From: Cyanidioschyzon merolae
Lineage: Eukaryota
Direction: 5' to 3' (one strand)
DNA length: 64,000 nucleotides
Assembly (NCBI GenBank): GCA_000091205.1
Contig: AP006489.2
A program made the position numbers and the translations under genes. Of this stretch, positions 34,553-44,968 are shown piece by piece. The notes under the pieces are model-generated. The model had not been told where the DNA came from. It made no database searches and saw only the letters and a program-made list of their open reading frames with translations. Numbering within the stretch: the first letter of the stretch is position 1; each line of letters opens with the position of its first letter.

Positions 34553-35767
34553 TCAGCACGGTACCAGCCGCAACGAGGCGGGAACGCGGGCCACGTCAAT
34601 GTTCATTCGGTACGAAGGCTGTAGTAACGGATCGTTGTCGATCCGCTTGATCAGGTGATGAATCATGTCCGCTCTGAGATACTTGCGAACCAGGGCATCG
34701 ACGACGCGATTTTCAAGCCACGTATCAGGAGCGTGGCTCGGCTCGGTTTCCGCCATATCAATCTGTGGACTCGAGTCTGACGAATCTGGTGATAGGATCG
34801 AAGAAGATGACTGCGCGGATAGCCGAGGCAGGAGACGTGGCGTTTCGTGGACCTCACGAGGGCGCCAGTCTCTGTGTGATCGCTCGGTATCGAGCGCCGT
34901 CGGTTCCCGGTGCCATTTGCCATATCCATTAACCACACTGGACTGTAGCTCGTGTGCAAGTCGATCTAGTTCTGCTTTCAAGCGCTGCGATTGCATTGCT
35001 GCTGCTTGCAGAGCAACATTCGCACTCAGTTGCTTGCGCGCTGCTCTGAATCCATACGCGGAAGATTCCCTACACGTCGGCGAATACCGTCGCCTTGAAC
35101 CCGCTTTCGTCGTCACGGCTGCCGGACCCGGTGTCGGCCAGTCATGATCTATGGGGGTATCCGCGGGCTGCCTCGGGGAAATCGTGGAAATGCTCCCGTC
35201 TGAGAGCATCGTGTCGGGTGTCGCTCGTGACGGTGTTTGTCGCGGCTCTGCGGGGTGAGTTCGCTCCCCAGACCGCGCTTTGCGAGCAAGCCGCCTGGTT
35301 TCAATCACCGTTGGCGTGGAAGCAGTGCTCGGAAAAGATGTGGTGTCTGTTAGAACAAATGAATCACTGTCGAATAGACTACTAGCGAAACTCAAGTCAA
35401 CAGTGCTGAGCTCCAAATCAGCTGGTTCCGTCGACCGCGCTATTACTCTTTCCGTTTGTTGCGCAGGTCGGTAGCGAGACGCCCCGGCGCGTACGGGTTG
35501 GTGCTCCCGCTTACCGCTGGGAGAGGCACTTCGACTGATAGCATCCTCTTCCTCCTCATGTTCTTCCAAAATTCTTTCGATCTCTTCGCTTTCAATGTCC
35601 AAGTCCTCGAGGGACAGCTCCTCCTGTAACTGCCGTAACGTGTCCTCGTCCAACAAGCCTTCGCTTTCTGCGAACAACTCGGACTCTACTTCCGAGGCTG
35701 TGCTATCATCAGAGGCCAGTAACGCATCAAAGCTGCTAGAAGCGGACACGTCACCCAGCTCGGGCAT
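34553..35767 (-). CDS. Hypothetical 404-aa protein with a highly acidic, Ser-rich N-terminal half (probably disordered) and a conserved-looking C-terminal segment.
   Basis: Uninterrupted ORF. The N-terminus is D/E/S-rich (EEIERILEEHEEEEDA). The C-terminal RVVDALVRKYLRADMIHHLIKRIDNDPLLQPSYRMNIDVARVP looks structured. No family was recognised. Confidence 0.4.
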   Translation of the reverse strand: MPELGDVSASSSFDALLASDDSTASEVESELFAESEGLLDEDTLRQLQEELSLEDLDIESEEIERILEEHEEEEDAISRSASPSGKREHQPVRAGASRYRPAQQTERVIARSTEPADLELSTVDLSFASSLFDSDSFVLTDTTSFPSTASTPTVIETRRLARKARSGERTHPAEPRQTPSRATPDTMLSDGSISTISPRQPADTPIDHDWPTPGPAAVTTKAGSRRRYSPTCRESSAYGFRAARKQLSANVALQAAAMQSQRLKAELDRLAHELQSSVVNGYGKWHREPTALDTERSHRDWRPREVHETPRLLPRLSAQSSSSILSPDSSDSSPQIDMAETEPSHAPDTWLENRVVDALVRKYLRADMIHHLIKRIDNDPLLQPSYRMNIDVARVPASLRLVPC

Positions 35768-36134
35768 TCAAGCGCTCTGCGAAGGCTCTTCCTTCCAAAG
35801 ACACCAGTGCCGGTTCGAACTCGCCCGTTCGTCTGTGAACACGCGCCTCAATCACCGCAACTACCCCCAAAAAGCAGCTTTCTTTTCGAATCCACCTTGC
35901 CTCGAGGTACGCAGCAGCCCAGGATACCTGAGACGTATCGCCAACCAAGAGGCGCTGCTCCGACCGCGTTACAAACGGGATCCAGCAGGCGTCGCCAGCA
36001 GCCAGCAGCCGGCCGGCGTCATCTGCTTCGCGCACGCCTGCGCACGCCCGCGCGAGCACCGTTTGGAGTGCCGTGGCGTTGTTGACGGCGCGCGCGCGCA
36101 CGCGCCAATCTCGCATCCATGCACACGATAGATA

Positions 36135-36211
36135 CGCAGCTGCCTTTCAAATCGCAAGAGCGATCAGAGCAGCTGCCTTTCAAATTGCATGAGCGATCAG
36201 AGCAGCTGCCT
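36135..36211. repeat. 33-bp tandem repeat, about 2.4 copies (gcagctgcctttcaaatcgcaagagcgatcaga).
   Basis: Two near-identical units plus a partial third, about 770 bp upstream of the Tem1-like GTPase start. Confidence 0.85.
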
Positions 36212-36904
36212 GATGCCATCCGAGCAACAGCATGGGTGACAGGGCTCGGGGTTCGGGCGTGTGGATCGATCGATGGATGCTTCGCCGCGCGCTGACCAGC
36301 AAGCGCGCAGTCGAGGAACGCTGAACAGGGTCAACTATTTCCAAAATTAAAACATAAAACAATCACTGCGCTGGTAGTGAACGTCCAGCGTTCTGAGGTT
36401 GCGCGATGCGCGCGAACGCCACGGGCTGTATGCACCTGGGCAGCTCGGGCGTGCGGATCTCTATAGCGCCACCGCCGCCGTCGCAGCAGCAGCCGCAGCT
36501 GCACGTGTCAAGCTGGAGGCTTGTCTGCCAGCTGGGGTCAGCGAGCAGGAACGCAAGACGTGCTTCGCTCACGGGACGTTGCGTCTCGAGACCGCTGTGT
36601 TCTTCGGAACTGGGTGATTTGAAGAGTGCTCACAAACCGTTGGGCCTATTTGGGTTCTCGTGTGAGGGTTTCGTGGAGGTTCCAACGGCGCCTTGAGGTC
36701 GGGTGCTCCTCCCAGACGCACAGCGCTTGCGCCAGGGGGGTGTCTGGTGCGGTTCCCGCTTAGGGAAACGGTGCACCCTATTTTGACAGTTTGTGGTTGC
36801 CGGTGTATTCGTGTGAGAGAAACCGTGGTACGCAGTGTTGTGCTTCAGCCGAGTGGCGCCGGTCGGAAGCCATTGTGATTGTTGATTCTGCGCTAAAGCT
36901 TCGT

Positions 36905-36945
36905 TTGGGAGCTTTGTGTGTGTGTGTTTGTTTGTGTGTGAATAG
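36905..36945. repeat. GT-rich (GT)n/(GTTT) tract about 40 bp upstream of the GTPase ATG.
   Basis: gctttgtgtgtgtgtgtttgtttgtgtgtg is read directly. Confidence 0.8.
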
Positions 36946-36980
36946 GTTCTCGATAACGGGAACAAAGCGCGATAGGGGAC

Positions 36981-37877
36981 ATGTCTGAGTGGAACGAGGT
37001 TGTCTCGCCGAGGCGCCTGGTGTCTGTCAGCCCGCACGGAGAACCAATGACTCGAGCAGAATCGCCGCTGAGAGGTAGTCCGGAGGCGCGGACGCAGCAG
37101 CACGAGGAGGTCGCGCTCGAGCTTGCGAGGGGGGATGTGCCGGCGGAGCCGACGGATGCTGTAGATGAGGCAGCAAGTACGCTAGCCGCTCAAACACTGG
37201 ACGAGAATGAGGTTGAGCAGACTCCCAGCTCACCTCCTTCGTCCTCGTCTGTGTCGATGGGATTCGGAGGCGAGGCGCCGTACCTTGCCCGTCGTCCGCG
37301 CCGATCCTCGCTAACCCTCAAAGTGGGCATGGTGGGCGATGCCGGTTGCGGGAAAACTTCCCTTATGGTGCGATACTGCGAAGGCCACTTCGACGAGGAC
37401 TATATCATGACACTAGGAGTGAATTTTCTTGAACGCTCCGTTTCTCTGCGGCACACAGACATCGTGTTCTCTGTCTGGGATCTGGGAGGTCAAAGTGAAT
37501 TCCGAACGATGCTTCCCCTGGTGACCAGTGACGCCGCAGCCATGCTTTTTATTTTCGACCTCACGAGAAAAACGACGTTGATCTCCATTCGAGACTGGTA
37601 CCAGCAGGTACGATTACTCAACGTCACAGCGGTTCCGATTCTGGTAGGCAACAAGTACGACCTGTTTATATCACTTGCGGCTGATCAGCAGGCTTCGATT
37701 GTTCGTCGAGCCCGGAAATACGCACGTGCCATGCATGCGCCGCTGGTTTTTTGCAGTGCAAGCCATTGTGTTCAAGTGCAGCGAGTTTTCAAGTTGGTTC
37801 TCGTCCGGCTTTTCGATCTTCAGCCGGCTTTCGAGCGCCAAACTGATGCAGCACGAGGCCCACTGTGCGAATGGTAG
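36981..37877 (+). CDS. Small Ras-superfamily GTPase of the Tem1/Spg1 (mitotic-exit / septation-initiation) type, with a roughly 110-aa acidic N-terminal extension.
   Basis: LKVGMVGDAGCGKTSLMVRYCEGHFDEDYIMTLGVNFLERSVSLRHTDIVFSVWDLGGQSEFRTMLPLVTSDAAAMLFIFDLTRKTTLISIRDWYQQVRLLNVTAVPILVGNKYDLF matches Spg1/Tem1 closely and in order ([39 protein letters not shown]...WDLGGQREF...LFMFDLTRKSTL...IPILIGTKYD). G1, G3 (DLGGQ) and G4 (NKYD) are intact. Confidence 0.8.
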   Translation: MSEWNEVVSPRRLVSVSPHGEPMTRAESPLRGSPEARTQQHEEVALELARGDVPAEPTDAVDEAASTLAAQTLDENEVEQTPSSPPSSSSVSMGFGGEAPYLARRPRRSSLTLKVGMVGDAGCGKTSLMVRYCEGHFDEDYIMTLGVNFLERSVSLRHTDIVFSVWDLGGQSEFRTMLPLVTSDAAAMLFIFDLTRKTTLISIRDWYQQVRLLNVTAVPILVGNKYDLFISLAADQQASIVRRARKYARAMHAPLVFCSASHCVQVQRVFKLVLVRLFDLQPAFERQTDAARGPLCEW

Positions 37878-38865
37878 ATACCAAACCAGGCAGTGAGCGA
37901 GCCCCGAGGAGACGCATTGAATCACACCGCTTTCGTGCCGCTCGCCAAGAATCTATTTGCATGGCCAGTCGGTGCGACCGTCGGAACAAGCTACGCCCCA
38001 GAATCCCTCGTCATTCATCTCTACTGCGCGAATATAGACAGCACGTAAGAATCTATAATCCTGCCGCCGACTCGATTGACATGCAGTAGCGCAGGCGACT
38101 AGGCGGCGTATCGACGCCGGAGGCAAGTCTTTTCAGGGACGTGTGCTGCGGCCATCATCAAAATCACAGCATAGCGCTCCTTTACTCTGGTGATTTTCGG
38201 GTTTATGCTGGAGCAATCGCGAAGCACGACAAGGCATCATGTACAAGCGTCACCCATGCATGGTACAAGGGGGCATATTTTTAGTACCATAAGCAGTTGC
38301 GACACATGGCCTCCCACGGACACATTTCACCATCTCCACAGCAGATCGATCTCAAACTGCGAGCTTCTTCCGCGCAGCGCATATACACGATCGGGACCAC
38401 TGTTTCTCTCATCGTTGCGGTAGCTCGCAAAACCCGCTGGTCATGTACTGGGCTCATACGATCACGCTTTTGGTCATGGTTTTCACGAGGTTGCCACTAG
38501 CCCTATCCATATCTGTGCAGCAGCGCTGTTCCATACCAGGGAATGCTCCTAAACTAAGAAGATGCCCGTAGCGCCAAATCCGCCGCTGTTAGCGTGGCCC
38601 TAAAAATGCCACGCGTACCCGGTCCCTGTGATATCAACAGAAGCATGTGGGTGCCTATAGCTCTGACTTGCACGGTTCGCAGGAGCAAAAATGTTCACGG
38701 GTACATGATAAGATACTCGGCACCAAAGTCCGCAGCCGAGAAGCTATACCACACATCTGCGGCCCTTTGTTTTGTCTCACGCACGCCTTGCCTCGATGCC
38801 CTAGCAAGTCCGGCTGCAAGATCGCCGCCGGCGCGCGCTCATCTGTCTTGTGTCTAAGAGAGGAG

Positions 38866-39381
38866 CTAGCTTCCATGCTCATCAAAGCTTGAGCGAAACT
38901 GGACAAACTCAAGCAAACTCTTCACGAAGCACGCAAACTCGCCCGCCGAAGCAAGCACTCCCGAGAGCCTCTCCATGCGCTTCGTGCGACTCACGCGCGG
39001 CTCCACGATAAACTCTATGGTCTCTCGCTGCTGCTGAACCTGTGCGCGCAAATACTCTAGCGTAGCCTGGTCTTCTACAGAGTCTGCTGTCTGGCCGCTC
39101 GAGCTGTTGTTTACCAGAAGCGCGAGCCGCTTCGCGAACGACTCGGCGCGTGCTGCGGGGTCACGCTCGGGCACCGCGACCCCTTTCGTACGTTTCCAGG
39201 TTGGAGCGCGTTGTGCACCCAGCGTTCTGTACTGACTCGAACAGCGAGGCACATGTTCTTGGAAACACTGTGCACTACCGTAGCGCACCCCGCAGACTGG
39301 ACATCGGTACTTGCTACTGCAGTCGACGCTTGCCCCGAGTCGTGTCCCTGAACACACCTCGCAGCGCCCTGTTTTGTCCAT
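38866..39381 (-). CDS. Hypothetical small Cys-rich (zinc-finger-like) protein, 171 aa.
   Basis: The N-terminus CEVCSG...CPVCGVRYGSAQCFQEHVPRC is a C2HC/C2H2-like arrangement. The ORF is bounded by an (ACGC)n-containing intergenic region. Weak. Confidence 0.35.
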   Translation of the reverse strand: MDKTGRCEVCSGTRLGASVDCSSKYRCPVCGVRYGSAQCFQEHVPRCSSQYRTLGAQRAPTWKRTKGVAVPERDPAARAESFAKRLALLVNNSSSGQTADSVEDQATLEYLRAQVQQQRETIEFIVEPRVSRTKRMERLSGVLASAGEFACFVKSLLEFVQFRSSFDEHGS

Positions 39382-39557
39382 GAATGATGCTTCGGCTCAG
39401 TGTCTCGACGTTTCCATCAGTAGCTTGACTATGATCGAGTAGGAAGATGCTTGCCTCGTGTTTTTGAGCGCTATCCACACTGCACGCGTAGCACGGAGCA
39501 ATCCAAGCGTAATTGATCGTACGTATGGCAAGCGGTTTACGCTGCAGATTTCTGGGT

Positions 39558-39642
<85 letters not shown>

Positions 39643-39645
39643 CGT
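39558..39645. repeat. (ACGC)n microsatellite, about 21 units, in the divergent intergenic region between 38866..39381(-) and 39781..40803(+).
   Basis: A long perfect cacg/acgc run is read directly. It is flanked by a TG-rich tract at 39745-39770. Confidence 0.95.
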
Positions 39646-39780
39646 TCGCATGCGTGCCTATGGACACGTGTCCATTGGGGTATCCATGATCGTTTTTGGG
39701 GTAGCGCGCCTCGACCCATCGTATTGCACAGCTATCTTGACTGGGTGTGTGTGTGTGTGTCCGTGCATAGCGACCAAACA

Positions 39781-40803
39781 ATGCCGCCACCTGGCCCGAT
39801 CGCAGCACTCCGGGACCGCGTATCTTCCATTTTGTTTGATTTTAAGGATGCCACAGAGGTACTGGCCGAAGAGGAGGCGCACCTGGGTCGGCGCTCTGGC
39901 CAGGCGCTCTACAGAGCGCTCGTTGCACTTGAACAAGCCCAGGGGGCGTTTCTTCGCACAAGCGAACGAACACTGGCCTATTGTACCGCTTGGAGCGGTT
40001 TGGCTCGTGCGCTGCGCGCGCTTGCCGAACCCTTGTCGGCCGGTGACCTGGTACCACTCGCGTTTCGGGTTGAGCACGAGGAGCGTGTTGTCGCGCAGTT
40101 ACAAACTGGAGGTGCTTGCGGCGCAACTGCCGAGTCCATAGAGCGCACAGCGAACCGGTTGCGCAACCGGTTGCGCTCACTTCGGGGAGAACTGGACACC
40201 GTGGTCGTGCAGGAGTCGCTTTCGTCGCGGAAAGCACAGTACCGACGCGCGCGAGACAACTATCGCAAACAGCAGGATGAGGCGGCGTTGGAGGTCTGGC
40301 GTGAGGCCAGCCTCGAGTTGCAGACAGCCGCAGTGCGAGCGGTGCAGCGCTTCAGCGATGCTGTCGATGAGGTTGTTAGTATGGTCGCACGCTCCACTTA
40401 TCATATTGGACGCATGCTATCCGAAGAGTGGCGGGAGGCCGCCGCTGCCGTTGTTGGTCTGGACGAGGTTTTTGCAGAGGAAGCCTCTGAGGCAGCGGAT
40501 GCCGCGTTTGCACCGGTGTCTGCAGTGAGGCATGTCGAGGACACTACGAACGCGGATGCGCCAGTGGAAGCGCCGAAGGCGCCAGGGCAGTCGTCAGCGA
40601 CCGCTGCCGACGAGCGTCTCTCCGCCAGCGCGCCTGTTTCTGCATCCGTGCTGCCCAGGAGCAGCACCGGGCCTACCGGTGACGAGCCGGATACCGGGGC
40701 GGCTTTCACGCTTTACGACGAGCTCGATGCAACATTTGACGCTTATTCGAAGGAGGAACCACAAGAACCAGCATCATCATCATCATCATCACCGCAGCAA
40801 TGA
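39781..40803 (+). CDS. Hypothetical 340-aa protein that is Ala/Arg/Glu-rich and predicted helical/coiled-coil. The ORF track opens at 39556, but that start lies inside the (ACGC)n microsatellite (MRTHARTHAR...), so the ATG at 39781 (MPPPGP...) is preferred.
   Basis: Continuous ORF with periodic charged/hydrophobic pattern (LRNRLRSLRGELDTVVVQESL...). There is no recognisable enzyme motif. It ends in an acidic/Ser tail. Confidence 0.45.
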   Translation: MPPPGPIAALRDRVSSILFDFKDATEVLAEEEAHLGRRSGQALYRALVALEQAQGAFLRTSERTLAYCTAWSGLARALRALAEPLSAGDLVPLAFRVEHEERVVAQLQTGGACGATAESIERTANRLRNRLRSLRGELDTVVVQESLSSRKAQYRRARDNYRKQQDEAALEVWREASLELQTAAVRAVQRFSDAVDEVVSMVARSTYHIGRMLSEEWREAAAAVVGLDEVFAEEASEAADAAFAPVSAVRHVEDTTNADAPVEAPKAPGQSSATAADERLSASAPVSASVLPRSSTGPTGDEPDTGAAFTLYDELDATFDAYSKEEPQEPASSSSSSPQQ

Positions 40804-41872
40804 CCTGATTCGTTGCCGTCTTCGAATCATGCCTGGTCCAGGGTAATCCAAAGCCAGCCAGCCAGCCAGCAGACCCGGAGCTAAGGAAGCCGGTTTCGGC
40901 GAAGGGGGCGCAGCTTCAAACCAGTTCAAAGCGACTCCTTCTCAGCGGTCATTGACCATATTTCCTTCCCGCGCAGGCGCTGACGGCTGCGCTGTCTATT
41001 CCGACGCGGCCGGAAACCCTGACCGAGAGTTATACGTATAGTGCTTTGCAGCGGAGTCAACGGCCTCCTGCTGTTGCTAGTGCAATGGCGCCCGCAATCA
41101 ATGTGTTGCGTCCGCGGCCGGAGTTCAGCAGCCACGCAGTATTGACGCCAGTTTTGCATAAAACGCGAATCTGGGGATCCTCGATCAGAATCAATGTTCA
41201 CAATTACTTCCGGATGGAAAAACGAACAAAGCGCCACCAACTGTGCACCGTTCGCGACGCAGGAGAAAAGGCCCCGGCACACCGGCCCCAAACCCGTCCG
41301 CTTTGCAATCGAGACAACGGGGCCTCGAAGGGTCGAGACATTCTCCGCACGACGCATGATTTCCGACGGGATTGGCTCTCGGATCTCACGCCACGAGACA
41401 TTTCTGCGTCGCATCGTCGACCCGAGCCTCCCGGTCGAGTCTACCGACACGTTGACGAGGGGTTTTGCGTTCGAGCGACGCTGCTTGGCATCCGAACCGC
41501 GGATTCCTAAAAGGTCTGCGAATGAACATCTGCCTGCGGCTTGTTGCTCTATGCCAGTGGCGCGACAGTAGAAGGCACGCTCGTGCGACATTGCTTTCGT
41601 TGATGCGATCATGAGTTCCAGCCGCTGTTTCCAAGCGATTTCGCGACGCATTTGCAGAAGGTGGGCCATGAAAATCACGGGCCCCTTGATTCGCCACATC
41701 AAACTCAACGCCAAACCAGAATCCCTACCGCTATGCACGCTAGCCGCGCTAGACAGCACGATCAACTGGAAAAACCAAACATACAGGCGTCTCGAAGCGC
41801 GCCTGATGGAGGACAAACCCGCAGCCGCACATTGCAGATTGCACCAAGCCAGCCAACGGTCTCGAGCCTGCC

Positions 41873-43534
41873 TCAGCTTAACTCGCGAATCGTCAGTTCC
41901 GAGAGCCACAGTTGATGCACGAGTTTGAAGAGAGCTGCACTCACGCTCACTTTGTAGGGTGTCGGATTCAATGGACGCTTGTAATCGTACCGAAGCGCCT
42001 GCACCTGCTCTCGGCAACGTCGACGAGCCAGCTGAAGACGATCCCGGTCGCTCGCTGTACTCGCGAGGGCATCCTCTGGCATGACGGTACCGTTGATGAG
42101 GCGCAAGTGCAGAATTTCCTCCACTCTCGATGGAGTCATGTAGCATCGTTTGTGTTCTTCGTATGGATGGCAACAGAGTATGCGCTCGCCGGGTTGCGGC
42201 TCCGGTTCCGAATCCAACATCATCAGATCGATCATGGAAACACTTGGATCACGCCCGTACAGACGGTAGACTCGTTTGCGCCCGGGTATGGTGGTTTTGT
42301 TGGGATCCTCGCTCACCTTGATGCAAGGCGTCTGATCCACTTGCACGAGCTTGAAAACGCAGCCCAGTGCCGGCTGTTTCTGACAAGTGACGAGGTGCGT
42401 ACCCACCCCGAAGGCGTCAATCGCGTGCCCCTGCTCCTTCAAGGCGTACAAGGTGTCCTCGTGAATATCTGACGAGGCGAATATGATATACTTATTACCT
42501 GGCTTCACCACGTCGAAGATGCGTCTCGCCTGGCTCGAGATGTATGCCAGATCACCCGAATCGATTCGAATGCCGAGTGGCTTATAGCCCTGGTGCTCTA
42601 GAGCCAGCGCCACAGCCAGAAAGTTGGGAACCCCCGATCCCAGCGAATCGTAGGTATCGACGAGCGCGAGAAAAGCGCGCGGAAAAGCCGCCGCATAGGC
42701 AATGAACGCTTCCAATTCCGACTCGTTTGCTGCTTTTGCTGATAGCTGAAATGACTGACGCAAAGCCGGGTCCACAATTTCATCCCGATATCGATACGCA
42801 AGCAGCGCGAGCGCGCTTCGTTCCGTGGAAGCACCAGCGTCAACGGGCGGCGCTTGTGCTGGCCTGACGAAGCTCTGTACAAAGGCGTGCGCATGCGTAC
42901 CTCGACACGGGATACCGTAGGTAAACGCTGCCATCACGTTGCTTGTTGCATCAAAACCTCCGAGATAGGCATAGCGACTGGCAGTCATACCACCGTCGGG
43001 ACCCTGGGCTCTCCGCAAGCCAAACTCCACGAGTTGCACGCGGTCGCCGACTGCAACACGATGTCGAGCAGCATTCGTCGCTACCAGGGATGGAAAGTTT
43101 ACCAGGGTCAAGAGCGTCGTCTCGAGAAGCTGGCAAACAGCGAGCGGTCCGTCCACGCGCACCAGAGGCTCTAGCGGGAAGCAAACACTGCCTTCGGGGA
43201 GCGCTCGGAGCTGCACCACCTGACCGCTGCACTCGTCGGACTGGAGAAACGCTAAAAACGCTTCTAGTTGTTCGGCTTCCGCGAAGACCTCGTGCTGCCT
43301 AATGAATGCACAGTGCTCAGCGGTGAACCGGAACTGCTCTTGCACAAAGTGCAGGACCTCCGTCAGGCCAGCAAACACGGTGTACTCGCCTTGGAAGGGG
43401 TTTTTACGGAAAAAGAGGTCAAACGTAGCCGGGAGGAGATGTCTTCCCTCCCGGAAGTAGGCATACGCCATCGTTATCTCATAGAGGTCCGTTAAGAGCG
43501 GTGTAACGAAGTTATTCCGGGGAAACGGCTCCAT
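41873..43534 (-). CDS. NAPRT: Nicotinate phosphoribosyltransferase (NAPRT, NAD salvage).
   Basis: MEPFPRNNFVTPLLTDLYEITMAYAYFREGRHLLPATFDLFFRKNPFQGEYTVFAGLTEVLHFV, ...FGLRRAQGPDGG..ASRYAYLGGFDATSNV, GTHAHAFVQSF and GVGTHLVTC are collinear with the eukaryotic NAPRT family. Confidence 0.9.
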   Translation of the reverse strand: MEPFPRNNFVTPLLTDLYEITMAYAYFREGRHLLPATFDLFFRKNPFQGEYTVFAGLTEVLHFVQEQFRFTAEHCAFIRQHEVFAEAEQLEAFLAFLQSDECSGQVVQLRALPEGSVCFPLEPLVRVDGPLAVCQLLETTLLTLVNFPSLVATNAARHRVAVGDRVQLVEFGLRRAQGPDGGMTASRYAYLGGFDATSNVMAAFTYGIPCRGTHAHAFVQSFVRPAQAPPVDAGASTERSALALLAYRYRDEIVDPALRQSFQLSAKAANESELEAFIAYAAAFPRAFLALVDTYDSLGSGVPNFLAVALALEHQGYKPLGIRIDSGDLAYISSQARRIFDVVKPGNKYIIFASSDIHEDTLYALKEQGHAIDAFGVGTHLVTCQKQPALGCVFKLVQVDQTPCIKVSEDPNKTTIPGRKRVYRLYGRDPSVSMIDLMMLDSEPEPQPGERILCCHPYEEHKRCYMTPSRVEEILHLRLINGTVMPEDALASTASDRDRLQLARRRCREQVQALRYDYKRPLNPTPYKVSVSAALFKLVHQLWLSELTIRELS

Positions 43535-43912
43535 GAGTGCATCAACAAGTCCAGTTACGAAGTGCAGGTATGCCTGGAGACGCTGGCACTGAGGCAGGTC
43601 ATTGACCGACGTGAGCGTGCCGCCGCACCCGTCTTCGGCGACGACCGGTAAGCGAAACGCGTTGCTTTACGCTCGCGTTTTTCGGAGCTTTCCATTTTGA
43701 GAGGTACAGCCTCGAGATTCGAAGTGCAGCCATGAGGGCTTGTGGATTCATATGTGGATTATGGGATCTCGGCGGTCTATTCGGTGTGGCTCTTTCGAGT
43801 CTTTACCGTTGCTCTTCGTTACGTCACCGGTACCAGGATATGATTCGCGACGGCCTCGAAGAGTGGTTCATATAATGACCCACATCATCATGCAAATGAA
43901 ATGAACGTGCAT

Positions 43913-44614
43913 CTACGCGCCTCCTTTCCTTACACGCAGCATACTCCAATCATGCACGGTTTCAGTTTTCGAACGTTGTGGTTCAACGAACTCGTAGGCG
44001 TTGCAGTTTGCGTCGCTGGATCGACGAGCTGTGAAAACCTCGACAGGGTCGCTTGAGGACTTGTTCACAAACGCGCGCCGAAAGATCGCTGAAGCTGCCA
44101 CATCAGGTGATCGATTCCGTTCGAAACGCGAATCCCCCTGTCTCTGTGGCCATCGACGGATCGGCATTCCACTAGGGCATCGTACATCTCGTGGAGTATG
44201 CAACCGGAGGCTCACGACTCTTTTGGTTGCATGAGAAAGGGTCTTGGGCTTGCTCGGAGCGCCAGACATTGCAGCGATCGTTCCCAGTGGAGCGTGCGTC
44301 ACCGTTTTGCATGAACGTCGTGCAGAGAGATCGAGATTTCTCGACGTGTTTCCCAACCTGAATTTTTCTTCTGGCACGTGTTCCATCGCGGATACCATCG
44401 TGTTCCACAAACCTTTTACTGAATGGAGCAACGTGCGCTTGCATGTGCGGCGAGCAGCGTACTCGCCCCGTGAATCGCCCAGTAGAGGCTCGTGTCCGTA
44501 AGGTACGAAACCAGACCCGGAAACGGATGGGGGCATCGGAGGCAGGCCGCTGTACCAGTCCTGGGCATGTATCGACCGATAAAGCAAGCCATCTGCGGTA
44601 CCAAGACGGTCCAC
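43913..44614 (-). CDS. Hypothetical ORF (233 aa) with no recognisable family. It lies immediately before the 86-bp tandem repeat, and part of it may be UTR.
   Basis: ORF length only. Composition is intermediate and no motifs were found. Confidence 0.2.
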   Translation of the reverse strand: MDRLGTADGLLYRSIHAQDWYSGLPPMPPSVSGSGFVPYGHEPLLGDSRGEYAARRTCKRTLLHSVKGLWNTMVSAMEHVPEEKFRLGNTSRNLDLSARRSCKTVTHAPLGTIAAMSGAPSKPKTLSHATKRVVSLRLHTPRDVRCPSGMPIRRWPQRQGDSRFERNRSPDVAASAIFRRAFVNKSSSDPVEVFTARRSSDANCNAYEFVEPQRSKTETVHDWSMLRVRKGGA

Positions 44615-44706
44615 CTAGGTAGCGATCTGGTAGGCAGATTGGAATACCTGCACACAGTCAGGTGTCAATGCTGCGAAGCGTGCACCGAGACTGTACTCAA
44701 AAATGA

Positions 44707-44968
44707 TGAGAATCGCAATTGATGCACATTTCGCAACTTTCGCCTGAGGGTGTATGCGTCGACAACAGTCGGAAGCAACGAAATCGGGGCTTGGAAATCG
44801 CACTTGATGCACATTTCGCAACTTTCGCCTGAGGGTGTATGCGTCGACAACAGTCGGAAGCAACGAAGTCGGGGCTTGGAAATCGCAATTGATGCACATT
44901 TCGCAACTTTCGCCTGAGGGTGTATGCGTCGACAACAGTCGGAAGCAACGAAATCGGGGCTTGAACGC
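44707..44968. repeat. Tandem repeat of about 86 bp x 3 (unit ...gaaatcgcaattgatgcacatttcgcaactttcgcctgagggtgtatgcgtcgacaacagtcggaagcaacgaaatcggggcttg).
   Basis: Three near-identical copies with 1-2 substitutions each. The overlapping ORFs show repeated peptides PTVVDAYTLRRKLRNVHQ(L/V)RF. Confidence 0.9.

Noticed and set aside
39556-39780. MRTHARTHAR... N-terminus of the 39556..40803 ORF.
   Set aside because: The start codon and first 30 codons lie inside the (ACGC)n microsatellite, so the downstream ATG at 39781 was chosen.
40926-42173. 415-aa minus-strand ORF overlapping the 3' end of NAPRT by about 300 bp.
   Set aside because: It is Arg/Ser-rich with the composition of an out-of-frame read of GC-rich DNA, and it overlaps a confidently called gene in another frame. 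It is most likely the NAPRT 3' flank or UTR and not a separate gene.
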